A DNA stretch of 64,000 bases from Balanoglossus misakiensis. Its lineage: Eukaryota; Animalia; Hemichordata. The DNA lies in assembly GCA_040954595.2 (NCBI GenBank), contig CM082595.2, forward strand, positions 5,978,137 through 6,042,136, in the 5' to 3' direction. Each line of letters starts with the position of its first letter. Position 1 is the first letter of the stretch. Under the pieces are notes generated by a model that saw only the letters and a list, made by a program, of their open reading frames with translations, was not told the origin of the DNA and searched no databases. Below, one piece after another: positions 36,205 to 48,700 of the stretch. The position numbers and the translations under genes are program-made.

Positions 36205-38387
36205 AAATGTGTGAAAATCAGTAAAAATGCTGATTCGGCGTTCCCAACCCCCAACTATTACCCAAAGCCACTGCCTATTTTTTCATTAATCGGTGAAGGC
36301 GTCCAAACACACTACTTGCAAAAGAGACTTCAAAACTCCACAATCGAAAGAAATCACACTACGTTTACTTCTGGTGAACGTGCGTCTTATAAACGCGACA
36401 CATTGCGGTTTAGATGCAAAGATCTTCCGTAGACTTAACGTGAATACCGGTGCCGTAACGCCATAGAACATCCCAGCGGGTATTCTTATTTTTTTCTCCG
36501 CATGCCACGACTTTGCACGATGACAGGCAATTAACTGTCGACGCGAATAAGACTACCTTCCGCATTTCCCTGAAAAGCAGAGAGAGGCTCGAAAACGCGA
36601 AATATGATTCCTCCCGGCATTATCGGCTCATCTATTGAAATGATACACGCCAGTACTTGGAATTGTGGCTGTTATGCGAACGCTTTCTCCTACTTAACTC
36701 CTAGGTATAGGGATTTTTCAGAAATTGGAGATACTTAAACACATGCCAGTGGCAAATTATATGGCTTTGATAATACATCCATCCCCTATGCTTGGATACC
36801 CTTCGTTAATTACTCTCAAAGATTTACATGCGATAGAATACAAACCGTTAACTGCATACATGCAAATTGTGATTTTTCTCACCTGGGATCAATACTCATA
36901 ATACATCTTATACTATATCCAACACACCGCGCCGAATTTCAGTTACGTGGGAACTTTAATTATATCGTGCTTGTTGACAAAACGCAAAACTAGCCGATCG
37001 ACAAAATTTAAATAGCTTGTGGGAAATTGCGTCACGAAATTTAATGTAGCTCGAAGGAAACTGCGTCAGGAAATAATTTATATGTTAAACAGATATGCAA
37101 CGTAACGGGTCGAAAACAATGCATAGCAAGTATGAGGAAAAAAGCTTCAAACTATGTCGCTATTAAATTACACTCAAGAACTGGGGGTTGGTTTACTGGG
37201 AATGATATCTCGTACCGATATTTGTAACCAGATATACTGAGAGGAACAAGTTTCACCGGTTTTAGTATGGTACATGAAAAGTTCTCGACACGCCTCTTGA
37301 AAACAGAGAGAAATCAGTGTCGGCCACAACGCAATAAAACCATGACATCGTTTATAATTCGTCGGACGACCAAAACAACCCGATGTCATTAAGACACTCA
37401 TTGCGAAATTCGACCGATCCGCCAAAAACTCTGATGAAGCAAAACTTTCGATTGCAATCTGGCGTCCATTTGACACGACAGCTCAAGGGGATTGCACTGC
37501 TCCAAACAAATCCGAGTCGAAAAGACAGGTTCTCTTATTTATCCACTATTACCTATATAACAAATTGAGTCTTGCTATAACACAGTGGAAGTAAATTACT
37601 TTCTCGGAGGAAAAAAATATTGACATTGATTTTCAGTAGGTAATTTCAGATTTGTGTCAAGTAGTCTGATTAGCCGTCACGGTGATGACGTCGGCTTTGT
37701 GTTACGATGGTTACGGTAGCGGACGATCATTATCGACCTAACTGTTGCGCATCAAATTTGTGAAAAAGTCATACCAAGAAAACGGAAAGCTTAACATGAG
37801 ATAAATTAATCCCTGGAGTAAACAACATCAATTCGCAGACAGCTTCAGTCTCTTTTGTTCGAGAAATGCGCGATACACTAACACTAGCGAATTGTTCAAC
37901 GGTATATGCAAATATATCTACTTGTCATGCGCATTAGCCTTGATACTCAGGTGTGAGCATATAGTATCCTATACTCAAATTTTCTAACCCTGAAGCCATC
38001 TTAGCTATAACCTCATAAACAACGCTTCTTAAACAAGGTCGTCTTCTCCGGTTGACTTTCAAGGGATACTCGGGTGGCAGAATTTTATACACAGCACAAT
38101 AAAATGGGAAACAGCAATTTCACACTGCATGGGCACAGTTGTTAAATGAATACAGGCGTTTACATCTTCTCCATCTCTTCACAATTACGGGTTTATGCCT
38201 CTGTTAGCACGCGGTACCCTGAACACGTCTTCTATCGGTAAACGCTAACGGCAGTCACAAAGACAGTATTCTGTTACCGCTTGTCCTTCGGGATTTATTC
38301 GACTTTATAACGCAGGCGCAATGGTGTCAATGTAATAAGCGAGCAAGTGCATTCACCCAAGGTGTGTTTTATTGAACTACCTATTAA

Positions 38388-38574
38388 AGGTATACAGTCA
38401 CCTCCAATTTACATACGCCCTTATATGGCTGAAATGGCGTATTTGAGCGTTCTAAACAACATATGGTGGGGCCCTTTTTTTCGCGTGTGCCACCTACTGA
38501 AAATCTGTGATTGGCTAGATCTCAATTTGCCATGGTAACTATATAGCTAATTTTCTATAGGTGACCGTATACTT
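38388..38574 (-). mobile_element. MITE family 1, copy b
   Basis: TTAA|AGGTATACAGTCACCT … AGGTGACCGTATACTT, followed by TTTAA; interior TTTTTCGCGTGTGCCACCTACTGAAAATCTGTGATTGG matches the reverse complement of copy a. Confidence 0.87.
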
Positions 38575-38721
38575 TTTAATGCAAACGCACCAAAGCGTGT
38601 GTACACTGAATATTTTTACCGTGATCGTGTAACATAGAATAGACAATGAGTGGTCATTAAAGGTCTTGAACATGGAACAATCTCGAAGGGGTCTTGAAAA
38701 AAACCATATCATTCTGATTAA

Positions 38722-39050
38722 GGTAGTATGCGCCTCGCGGACAGATTTTCAGAAAAAAACCATACTCCCCCAAATCTTCCATTTTTGCTTCATTATGGCG
38801 TGTTGGGGGGTATTTTTAAACCAAGAAGAAAACTGGATATTCACATTCCTTGATTTTTTTTCCACAGACACAACACGGTGATTGGTGGCCATTTTGAATT
38901 TCAAATATGACGCAATTTGACACTGTACAATTTAAAAATGTTGCGCGGTGACCCCTGATTTTTATTCTCAATTTTAAGAGAGATTAATACAACGTTGCCT
39001 AGAGCAAAATATGAGAGAAAGTTACCAGACGTGTTCTATTTTAAGAGGAA
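38722..39050 (+). mobile_element. Non-autonomous DNA element family 2, copy a (TTAA|GGTAGT terminus); right end approximate
   Basis: TTAA|GGTAGTATGCGCCTCGCGGACAGATTTTCAGAAAAAAA, internal GGCCATTTTGAATTTCA and TATTCTCAATTTTAAGAGAG; shared with 39875, 42993 and 51497. Confidence 0.7.
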
Positions 39051-39874
39051 TAAAAAAAGTTGATGAGGACATGAATTACTTTGATTAAGAAGATTGTCGA
39101 CATGCATCGGAAACCTTACTCCAAAGCTGGCTCTAGCTGACTAATACAGCAACTGTTTACTGGTTTAAGGTTACTTAGGAACATTTTACTTGCCCCAGTG
39201 CAATCACGTTGACATCCTCATCCAACATTGCCATGGAAACAACAGGCCCCTCTGGGGTTCTTTCGCGCAACTAGATGTGTGTTCTCCATGTCCTTTTGTA
39301 ATTGTCAACCTTTGCGGATTTCCCAACTTTTATAAGCTGTGTTTTCTGTTACACCTCATCAGGTTTAATACACAGCATTAACTGTACACTTAAAACGTGA
39401 TTTATACCTGTGTCGGGTGTCAAATTTCCATCACAGAGAGAATTAAATAGGGGATTCTATTGTTATGCTTCATAAATGTGCGTTGATGTGTACGTGTATC
39501 AAGTTTACTACAACAACCCCCAAGGATACATGGAGATGCATATTAACAACGGAAACAACAAAGTTATAGAAGCGTTTCTCATAAAGGGACATTGGTTGTA
39601 ACCTTTGGATTTATCTTCAATATATCTGTGTATCAAATGCTCTACTCAAAACTAAAATACACATTACTCAACTTGTCAACATGACATGTATGTGCATTAG
39701 TAGTGGCCAATGTTATTGTTGACAAATGAAATCTAGTCCGGACCTGATTTTCAAATTTTGCACAATAACAATGCTGACTATACACATATATGAAGTGTTG
39801 ATAAGCTGGGCATCCTGTTTCATGAATTCGAAAAGAAATTGCAGAAGACACACACACAAAAGACTGAAGATATA

Positions 39875-40117
39875 GCAATTTTCATGAAAACAAGACGATA
39901 AATTTTACATTCAAAATGGCCGACAATCTCTGTGTTAACTCTATGGAGAAAAATCATAAGTGGCAATTTTCATGAAAACAAGACGGGGAACGTCTAGTTT
40001 TCTTCTTTGATTTCAAAGAGACTTCTCACAAACGTTGATATAGTGAAGAAATGAATGGTTTGGAGGTCTATCATGTTTTCGTGAAAACTCTGTCCCAAGG
40101 GGCGTACGTGTACTACC
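39875..40117 (-). mobile_element. Family 2 element, partial reverse copy
   Basis: TTCAAAATGGCCG, GTTAACTCTATGGAG, and terminus TCTGTCCC…ACTACC|TTAA at 40118-40121. Confidence 0.68.
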
Positions 40118-41577
40118 TTAACGAGAGACTAAGCTATAGGATTCCTGCGGGTGCAGCTTTCGTACTGTTCTGGAACATGTTCATTAGTTATAGCCTACTG
40201 GCGAGATAACTGTGTTTTTATAAAATAATTTTCGCAGAGACACGCAGCAATGATATCGCCATACATTTAAGACCTATCACTGTAATTGGCTGGGGCATGT
40301 CATTGTATGTTTTCCTTCTAACGTGACAAAACTTCTCAAAGTTACCCCCCCCCTCCCCCAGATTCCAACGGCTGGGCTAAAGCAGACCCCCCCCCCCCAA
40401 CATTCGTATCCCCCGCCATGTGCATTAACAATGCACTGCGAACAGTACGCTTATGGTATGGCACACATGTGTACTCTTTATGGTACTGCTTGTTATACGG
40501 TTGTTTTTGCCTGTCTGGCCCAATCATGGCAGATGCGCGGTAATGACTTTGACACAAATATATAGCTGTCAATATTGTGCGTTACTCCCTTTGATAAGGG
40601 ATTCTGCTAAACGGGACTGGCTTTGAAGGGAATTATCCCCTACCGCACTGATGGTTGACACGCGAAATCTTAAGATAAGTCGTGCGTGGCAACCTTTGTA
40701 CGTTTCTGAAAAACTCGACCACGAAGATTGTTAAAACCTTGAGCACGTATAGGACGTGTGGACGAGTGCGCATGCGTTAGACAAAATTCGCTCACCTGAC
40801 TATATGTGTGATATGATACTCGTTTAGTTAGATACAATTCAGTACAGAGGGAACAACACGCGGACGTACTACACGTAGTATCTTCACACTTCGCTCAACC
40901 GACCACCGGAGTGATATCTACAGCCTATCGAGACATGTCACCGAGTGACGCTGAAAATGAGAGAATTACTACGTGAACCTTGGCGAGGAAAAATATCGGG
41001 TGATCGTTTCACGGTAAGTCCGTCTTTCATGCTAGACCTTGACACTAGGGCGCCCGTGACTACGATTAGTTCTCGAGTCCCTTGCCTGCACAATAAGCAT
41101 ACACCAGTCCCGTAGTAACTAGATGGCATCTCAATGCATGTACCTTGTTTATAATATATGATTTTGATTCTATGTTTCTATACGTTTTCTATTTACTATT
41201 GTGAAGAGCGACGAACAGTTTATCAGGTTTTCATGAAAGTTCTTTTTCATGAAGGCATTGGTAAACTGCACGGGTAGTCATCATTCCTTTCAGACATTAA
41301 GATTTTTCACAGCGGCTGCGTAGGCTACATGAACTCTGTTTTCTCCCGGTTATTCATATCGTATTCACCAGGTAGTCAACAAAGTCTCGATTTAAAACTA
41401 TTTCGTGCAGCTTGGTTATCTGAGAAAAAACAGACACATGCAAATCTATGTAGGCCTATATGTTGTACCTCCCTACTTATATTGAACACCTATTGCCTAA
41501 TGGGGGCCATGGCAGCCGTTTATTACCCCCGAGGGGGTGTGAGTTACCAGAATCACATGTTATTTCCCGGGGCCGTA

Positions 41578-41595
41578 GGATGGATGGATGGATGG

Positions 41596-41631
<36 letters not shown>

Positions 41632-41637
41632 ATGGAT
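41578..41637. repeat. (GGAT)n microsatellite, ~15 units
   Basis: Direct reading; one GGAC interruption. Confidence 0.96.
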
Positions 41638-42992
41638 GATAATTATGCAACCGTCTTAACTCGCGCATTCATGTTTAATCACGTTTGTGACGTCACAAAC
41701 AAATTGGCAAGTTTAAGTCCTGAGGCCAAATTTGTTATTAATTCTTGGAGGTGCAGCCTTCATGCATTTGTCGTTCGTCGTGTACACGGATTCATCCAGC
41801 CGAAATCACCATTCAAACCTAAGTGGGCACGTACAATGCTTGACATAATTCTCCAAACGGTATCATTAAACATGTATGGCATTATTCTTCAAAGGATATC
41901 ATGGAGGACGTTACCGTTTGGAAATCGGGAAGGGCATTGTGTACACAGAAAGCTATTATGTCACATCACTGAGCATGCGGAAATCTCTCTCTGTGGCGGC
42001 CACAGCATGCCCCGGGGAGAAGTCTATCAAATATCATTAATACCCCGCAGAAGAAAAAAGCATACTAGTAGCTGAGTTGAATTTCCATTATTCATATAGT
42101 TATCTGAAACGTATATCTCGTCGGCGGCGCGCGTTTGTTATAATAGTTTATGTCATTTCGTGGGAATTCTGTCTTCCCATTTGACACAATGAGAAGTGAC
42201 ATTATGAGATCAGTTTCCGGTATTTCCTCGACGGCAGGTGCGGCCCCAACATGGCAACACTGCAATGCAGAAACAAGTCCCGGAGCTTTCATTCAGAACT
42301 TAGAGCAAGTGAATCGTGTCCGGCAATATTGTGTATAAATGACGTTCAGTCCAATTATTGCTTCCAAGTTCCACTCTGCTAACTTTTGCAATCTTTAAAT
42401 TTTACATTAGGCTTGTTCACGTTTATGAATTCTCCTAAATGAGCAATGGGTAAATATAACAGGATTACATATTTTCAAATGGAAACAACCCGTGTTCTGG
42501 GTACGGATTATAACACAATTTTGCTCAATTAAAGCGTAACATACCATCCCTTGACATATTCATTAAATCTTTCAACGTGACGAATCTGGTTTGGCGCCAC
42601 TGGAAATCCACGCAAATTGCGTCATTTCAGGAAACCGTTTTTTGAAAGCGATAAGCAAATTCCCAGTGGAGTTCTCGCTCAAGCTGTAATCCGTTCTCCC
42701 CTATGTAGCCTGTCCCTCATTCTCATTCGCGCATAACTTGCACGCCAACCTGGCGGCAAGGTTTAACCCTGAACAGCGCAGTTCTTGCTATCTTCGCTTG
42801 AATAGATTCAGATAACCTGATTTTCACTAGCAGAAATGTTTGTGAGATACCAACATTTGAAGGCTTCGATGTGAACAAACGGAAACTCTATTTTACCTAA
42901 TCGCATTGGCGAACATCGGGACTTAACACCGCGACAATGTCAGTAATTCCCGAGTAAGTTCCCTTTGCATTACGAAATTTAATCTGACGAAA

Positions 42993-43091
42993 TATTCTCG
43001 ATTTTAAGAGAGAATAAATTAAAATTGTCTTGAGTAAAATATGAGAAAGGGTTAAGGTTGTGTTTAATGTCAAGGCGTGTACTAAATACCT
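42993..43091 (+). mobile_element. Family 2 element, right-end fragment
   Basis: TATTCTCGATTTTAAGAGAG…AAAATATGAGA matches 38963-39015; ends in a degenerate AGGCGTGTACT…TACCT terminus. Confidence 0.5.
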
Positions 43092-44236
43092 GACCGGCGG
43101 GACAGTCTCACATTCAGAAAGCGTCTGTTGTATTTAGATATTGGGAAACCGGTGAGGCCATTTTGTGTCTTATCACACGTAAATCGCCAATAACCAAACG
43201 CAGGCACGTTTGTATAGGTTTGATAATCACCATCTTATGACAATCTGGGTATTCCCCTTACCCTTGCGGCCACAGAGATTGAAAACACGTGGTATTTTAA
43301 AGGGATTAATTTATAAGCAACTGATAACATGTCCTCTTGTTTTGTACGAGATTCGGGACATCTTTACGAGTGTAAACCGACGCCCTGTAGAAGTAGGAAA
43401 GGAATCCCGAAGCTGTTTTTCCCAATTAGCTCCTTTCAACCCACGACTGCATGCATAATCAATAAAATATGATCGCTGCTACTAGGTTGACGGTCATTTT
43501 CAATCATTGATTTTGATTAATCCAGATTCTAGTCAGTTACGAGCCTTCATTTTGGGGATGCAAACAATTTAGAAGTTATTAGGCGACGATCGTCTCATGC
43601 GCATGTGCATGCATAACCATATTCATACGATGCCATAAGGCAGCGTGCTGTCCTAACAACAGACAACTTGAATTTCACATGAAATGTACAGACAAATATG
43701 CGAGGGCGTACACATCTATATGATAATAACAGGTACAATGTAGATGGACTGCATAGTACATAAAAATGATTGATACAGACCAGCCATGTGAATAGGATAC
43801 GTTTTCAAATTATCCGAATATCATATTAGGGAGCTTTTATGTCCAGTGGGAAGAGGGAAACTAAAGACCAGGAAACCACTAATGGAAATGTCCAAGAATA
43901 GCACGTAAATATGAATCTCTGTATGAATAATGCAAGTTTTACGTTTTCAATTAATCTTTTTGAACTTAACAAAGTCTCTATGGCAATATTAAATCCTTTT
44001 ATATTTTAGTTTTTTTATGTTCATCATTCTGACAATACGAGTCTTTGACATTCGTTATTTTCGTAGGATGATTAATGTACTACTTAGATCGGAAGTATAC
44101 AGTACGGTTAGGTTGACTTTTAGTCTTACAACTTCGATATGCGTAAAGGGGGAGTTTCGTCTCGTCTACGGCTGCGGGTAAGGGTCCCATATGAGACAGC
44201 TGCTAGCAAGTCAAAGTAGGCACCACGTGTAATTGC

Positions 44237-44598
44237 TACAATGTACATCATTGAAAACAGCATGATTGTTACTTTGTATTACACTGTAGTGTAACTGTTA
44301 CAATGTACATCATTGCAAACGATATGGTGGTTACTTTGTATTACACTGTAGTGTAACTGTTACAATGTACACCATTGCAAACAATATGGTGGTTACTTTG
44401 TATTACACTGTAGTGTAAATGTTACAATGTACACCATTGAAAACAATATGGTTGTTAATTTGTATTACACTGTAGTGTAACTGTTACAATGTACATCATT
44501 GCAAACAATATGGTGGTTACTTTGTAATACACTGTAGTGTAACTGTTACAATGTACACCATTGCAAACGATATGGTTGTTAATTTGTATTACACTGTA
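44237..44598. repeat. 62-bp minisatellite, ~6 copies, internally palindromic
   Basis: TACAATGTAC at 44237, 44299, 44361, 44423, 44485 and 44547. Confidence 0.96.
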
Positions 44599-45590
44599 CA
44601 TCATGGCGAATAATGAGTCGTTACATTTTATCACATTTCCAATTCACTTTGTTTTCCGGAGCTTTTAGAGAAGCAAACATAAAGTCTACAATATTTTGAC
44701 ATGGACTGCATGCATTTTTCACATCCATAAGACACTGGCATTATAACCTTGCAGTAACCTGATTGTCATCCACACACCATTAAGCTATTAATAATCTGCC
44801 CTCTGCCCACGTCACAATCATGGCTGAATATCATTCACATACAGATCACCGCGAGTCTTTTAAAAGCTTTTTCCTTTGACATTAGTCCGCAGAATATATT
44901 TGTCTCATATGGTTGTAATCTGAATACACTGGCAAATAGACTGCTCAAACAGTAAAGAACGTCACACCTTTTCGTAAAGGCGGCAACACGCGAGGTGATA
45001 TGACGTTGAATGAGCATGTTTTTAATAACACAGTCTACGGTTGTCTGGATGGGAGAAGCGTAATTGATTGTGAAATTTGATGGACCTTATAAATGTACAC
45101 TCGCTCTACACATGCAGTTCTATTCCATTTAGCCGATCCTCGAAAAGCAAGCTCATTATTCGAATATAATCTCGTTCACTGGGGTTCGACACAACGAACA
45201 CACCCTGAGCAACATTGCACGTCGTTCTACGCTATCATCTTCATCCGTATTAGATTCGACGGATGTGATTTTTTAAGAATTATGACAGAATGTCATGGCG
45301 ACCTCTTACATTCACGACAACAGCGAAAGTAAACCACAATTCTCCGTATCAGGATAGCAAATAAAACCTCTACCCTACCGATCTCGCGCACGTTAGTAAA
45401 TTCTATTGTCATGTACTTTAAAAACAAACCCTGCAACAAGCAAAACATTGAGATGATGATAAGTGTTATAGCTGCCCCATTTTCATTATTGCATCTATGA
45501 GTACTCTGTCGGCGTAAAATAGAAGTTCTGTTGTTCAACGTGCAGAAAGTCACTTGTGAATAATTGAGACGGTTCAATCAAGAAGTGACC

Positions 45591-45610
45591 GATGATGATG
45601 GTGGTGTTCT

Positions 45611-45669
<59 letters not shown>

Positions 45670-45735
45670 GTGATGGTGGTGGTGGTGGTGATGGTGATGG
45701 TGATGGTGGTGGTGATGATTATGATGTTGATGACG
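45591..45735. repeat. Compound (GAT)n/(GGT)n microsatellite
   Basis: Direct reading. Confidence 0.95.
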
Positions 45736-48700
45736 TCATCATTATCACTAAACTGAAGCTTTATTGCTCTAGAAAGGTCACTTCAGCAGCCGAACAACAG
45801 CAGCACTGCATGTCTGCCTTTTGTGCGTCGAGGCTCCCGGACGTGCGATAAATGAACCAAAAATACAAACCTGGCTCGTTGCATTGTATTAATCCCTTCT
45901 AAACTACACTAATAGGAAGCCACGCGAGGAACTGCAGGGCAAGTTTCATGTACCTCCCAAAAGTTATTAAAAGTCTCCGGGATACTGGCAAATGAAAATT
46001 TAAGTACAGCTGCAAGATACTGAAATGATGGAGGGAGTTATCTTTTTGCCTGGCGACAAGAAGAAATCAGCGTCAGAAAAAGATAATCTCCTGCTAACAA
46101 GGTTCCATATATACATTCGTATTTTGCAAATTTGCAACGTTATACTGGACAGCAGCTGTTTGTCATCTTGAATTAATATTATGAAGTTCAAATTGAAGCA
46201 AGGCGGATTAAAAGCACATCGGCCTCCTTTGATAACAGCGCTACGTTAAAAATTAAAAGCAGAAATTTAGCTATTCCCTCTCTCTCTCATGATGGAAAGC
46301 CCATTATTTTACATAGCTTCCTGACATGATTTGCCCCCTCTCAGCTGTGCACATTATATCTGAAACATAGTCATGAATAGCGACGCGTTGTTTTCAAAGG
46401 TACACCAGCAGAAATACAGAGCTTGAAGGTACAGGCATTGAAAACAGATCTATGTCCATTACTGATGCGGGTCTCTAAGTGAGAAATATTAACATGAAGT
46501 TGTTATGGCTCCAGGAGGGTGTCCTTGGAAATACATGTACCATCTACAATGTTTTCACTTAAACTCTTATTTGCTGCAATACTTTGCTGGGTAGTAGAGT
46601 ATTTTCAATTTCCTATATTCGCTGTATGCTTAGTATCATTTGACCTCAATTATCCCCCTCTAATTTTCATTCTAGAGTTATACCGAATCAACGGCACATG
46701 GCTAGTAGATTAATTACCTACTCTACCGCACAGAGTTATTTCATCTTACGATTCTACTGTATAAATTCAATATTATCCATCACATTTGCATATCGTGTGT
46801 TGGCTGAACCATTATAGAAGCGATACAGACAGACCTGTTTTCTAGAATCACCGATTATTTTTTTACAGATCGTTCATGTCATTAGTTTGTGCCTATAATG
46901 ATAATTATCATTCTTATATTGTGTGAAAATTTGATGACTTCCGTGTGATGATCTATTTTATGACTCGTCAAATGATAAAGTGAGAAAAGACTTATAAAAG
47001 ACAGGGAGTTGCCATACATTAAATTGTCAACACTATTTATCAAAGATAAATGACATGAAGGCTTTCAGCGTCTTTTTAGTGTTGACAAATTGTCACCTCT
47101 AAAGACTTCGAAAGAAGAATGGTTTGTGAGATAAAGTTATTTTCGAAATAATGGATGAAATACCCACGTGAATCCCATAAGGCCCCTAACACATCGCCAA
47201 TGCCATAGACCCTATCTCTATGATAAATTATCGAGCCAGAAAAACACTTGACGCTCATGAAAGTTTCAAAAGAGAGTACTTACATACTGAGTAAGCGACT
47301 GCTTTGGTAAACAGATTTCTGGAGTGTCCAACAGAATGTTAAAATTGAATGTGATTGAACAGACTGCTCTGTGACTTCAAAGGACATGCGCAAGGATAGC
47401 TTTGAAACATTAAAAAGTAGCAGTTTCCCGCGCTAATTTATGAGAACTTTCCGAGAGCCCTCAAGACTTCCCATGGGTTACCTACTACTGTGTCAATACC
47501 GGCTTGTTCCGGTTGGCTGCCCAAGCGAAGCGAACGTCTAAACGAGCAGAGCGCGCGGAATTGCGTTGACAGAGTGAGTTAGTTTCCTTATTTGGCTGGG
47601 TTCTTCGGCGTTTGTTTTTAGCATTACGTACACTGTAGTAGTGTACTGGGATGTTTTTGTATGCAAGTCGCCGAATGTTTCATTTGTCGGCGCCAGTGGG
47701 GTCTGCACGATATGTAGTTCGCCTCACTGTAAAAAATGTTCATAATTCATGCCTTCGTTGGCCTGGGCTTACTACTTTAAACTTCCTAGATCACTCCTTA
47801 GGGTCAATTACTTGTAAAGGTCACTCTCATGCATACTGCAAACGCTGCACAGAAAACATCTGCACTGAGAAACTATGATACCGAGCCCTGTAAGGCAGCT
47901 GAGACACTCTCATAGGTCGATATGGGCCACGTGACTGACCATTAATACTCGACATGCATGCTGGGTCGTTTTTAGGCCCGGAAATGTGTACAATAATGAA
48001 ACAGATACCCGCGAAAATACTATTTGAGCACAAAATGGAACACTTATAATCCTCAGCGTGGACAGAATGCATTACATTTGATCTTATTCGAGTCATTTTA
48101 AATCGTGTTAAAATAAATGACAGCGTTTACTCCATCATCATACGTAATGAGTAGCAGACACGCGTAAGTATCACTGCTCTAATATGCACAGTGACGCACG
48201 TGGATATGATATTTTAACCATGGAACAAACAATTACATATAATTTAACAATTTCGAACATAAGGCGGTTTTTTAAAGTAAAAAATGCGGATTTTCTTTGG
48301 TTTGTTGATACGGCAACACTGGATTGACCATAAACGTGTATTTGTTTCAACACTGTCAGTTGTGGTTGCCAGATTTGAATTTTACGACCGGTGAAACTTG
48401 GGAGCATCAACATGTACATGTAGAACGCTCGTAAAAGTACCGCTGGGGCGCACAGAATACATCGCGTCACTCGTGAAAACAGATCCAGAGCAAAGTTCAC
48501 GGATTTTTGTCAAATTATTGATATCTTAGACTGAATAAAAATGCCTTCTCCATATTCACGCAGTTTTTAAATTAACGTGTGGCCATCTTTCGCAAAAGGG
48601 GTTATAAAAAGAGGACCTATTACTCTCAAAGATTTACATTAGAGGATTTTTAGTAAACTGTAAACATTAACGCCAAAATAGATTCGCCATGGGCAGGAAC

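Noticed and set aside
41329-42075. 248-aa ORF
   Set aside because: Crosses a (GGAT)n tract, has no recognisable domain or clear splice context, and the composition looks like translated non-coding DNA.
45564-45851. Poly-Asp/Gly ORF
   Set aside because: Generated by the (GAT)/(GGT) microsatellite.
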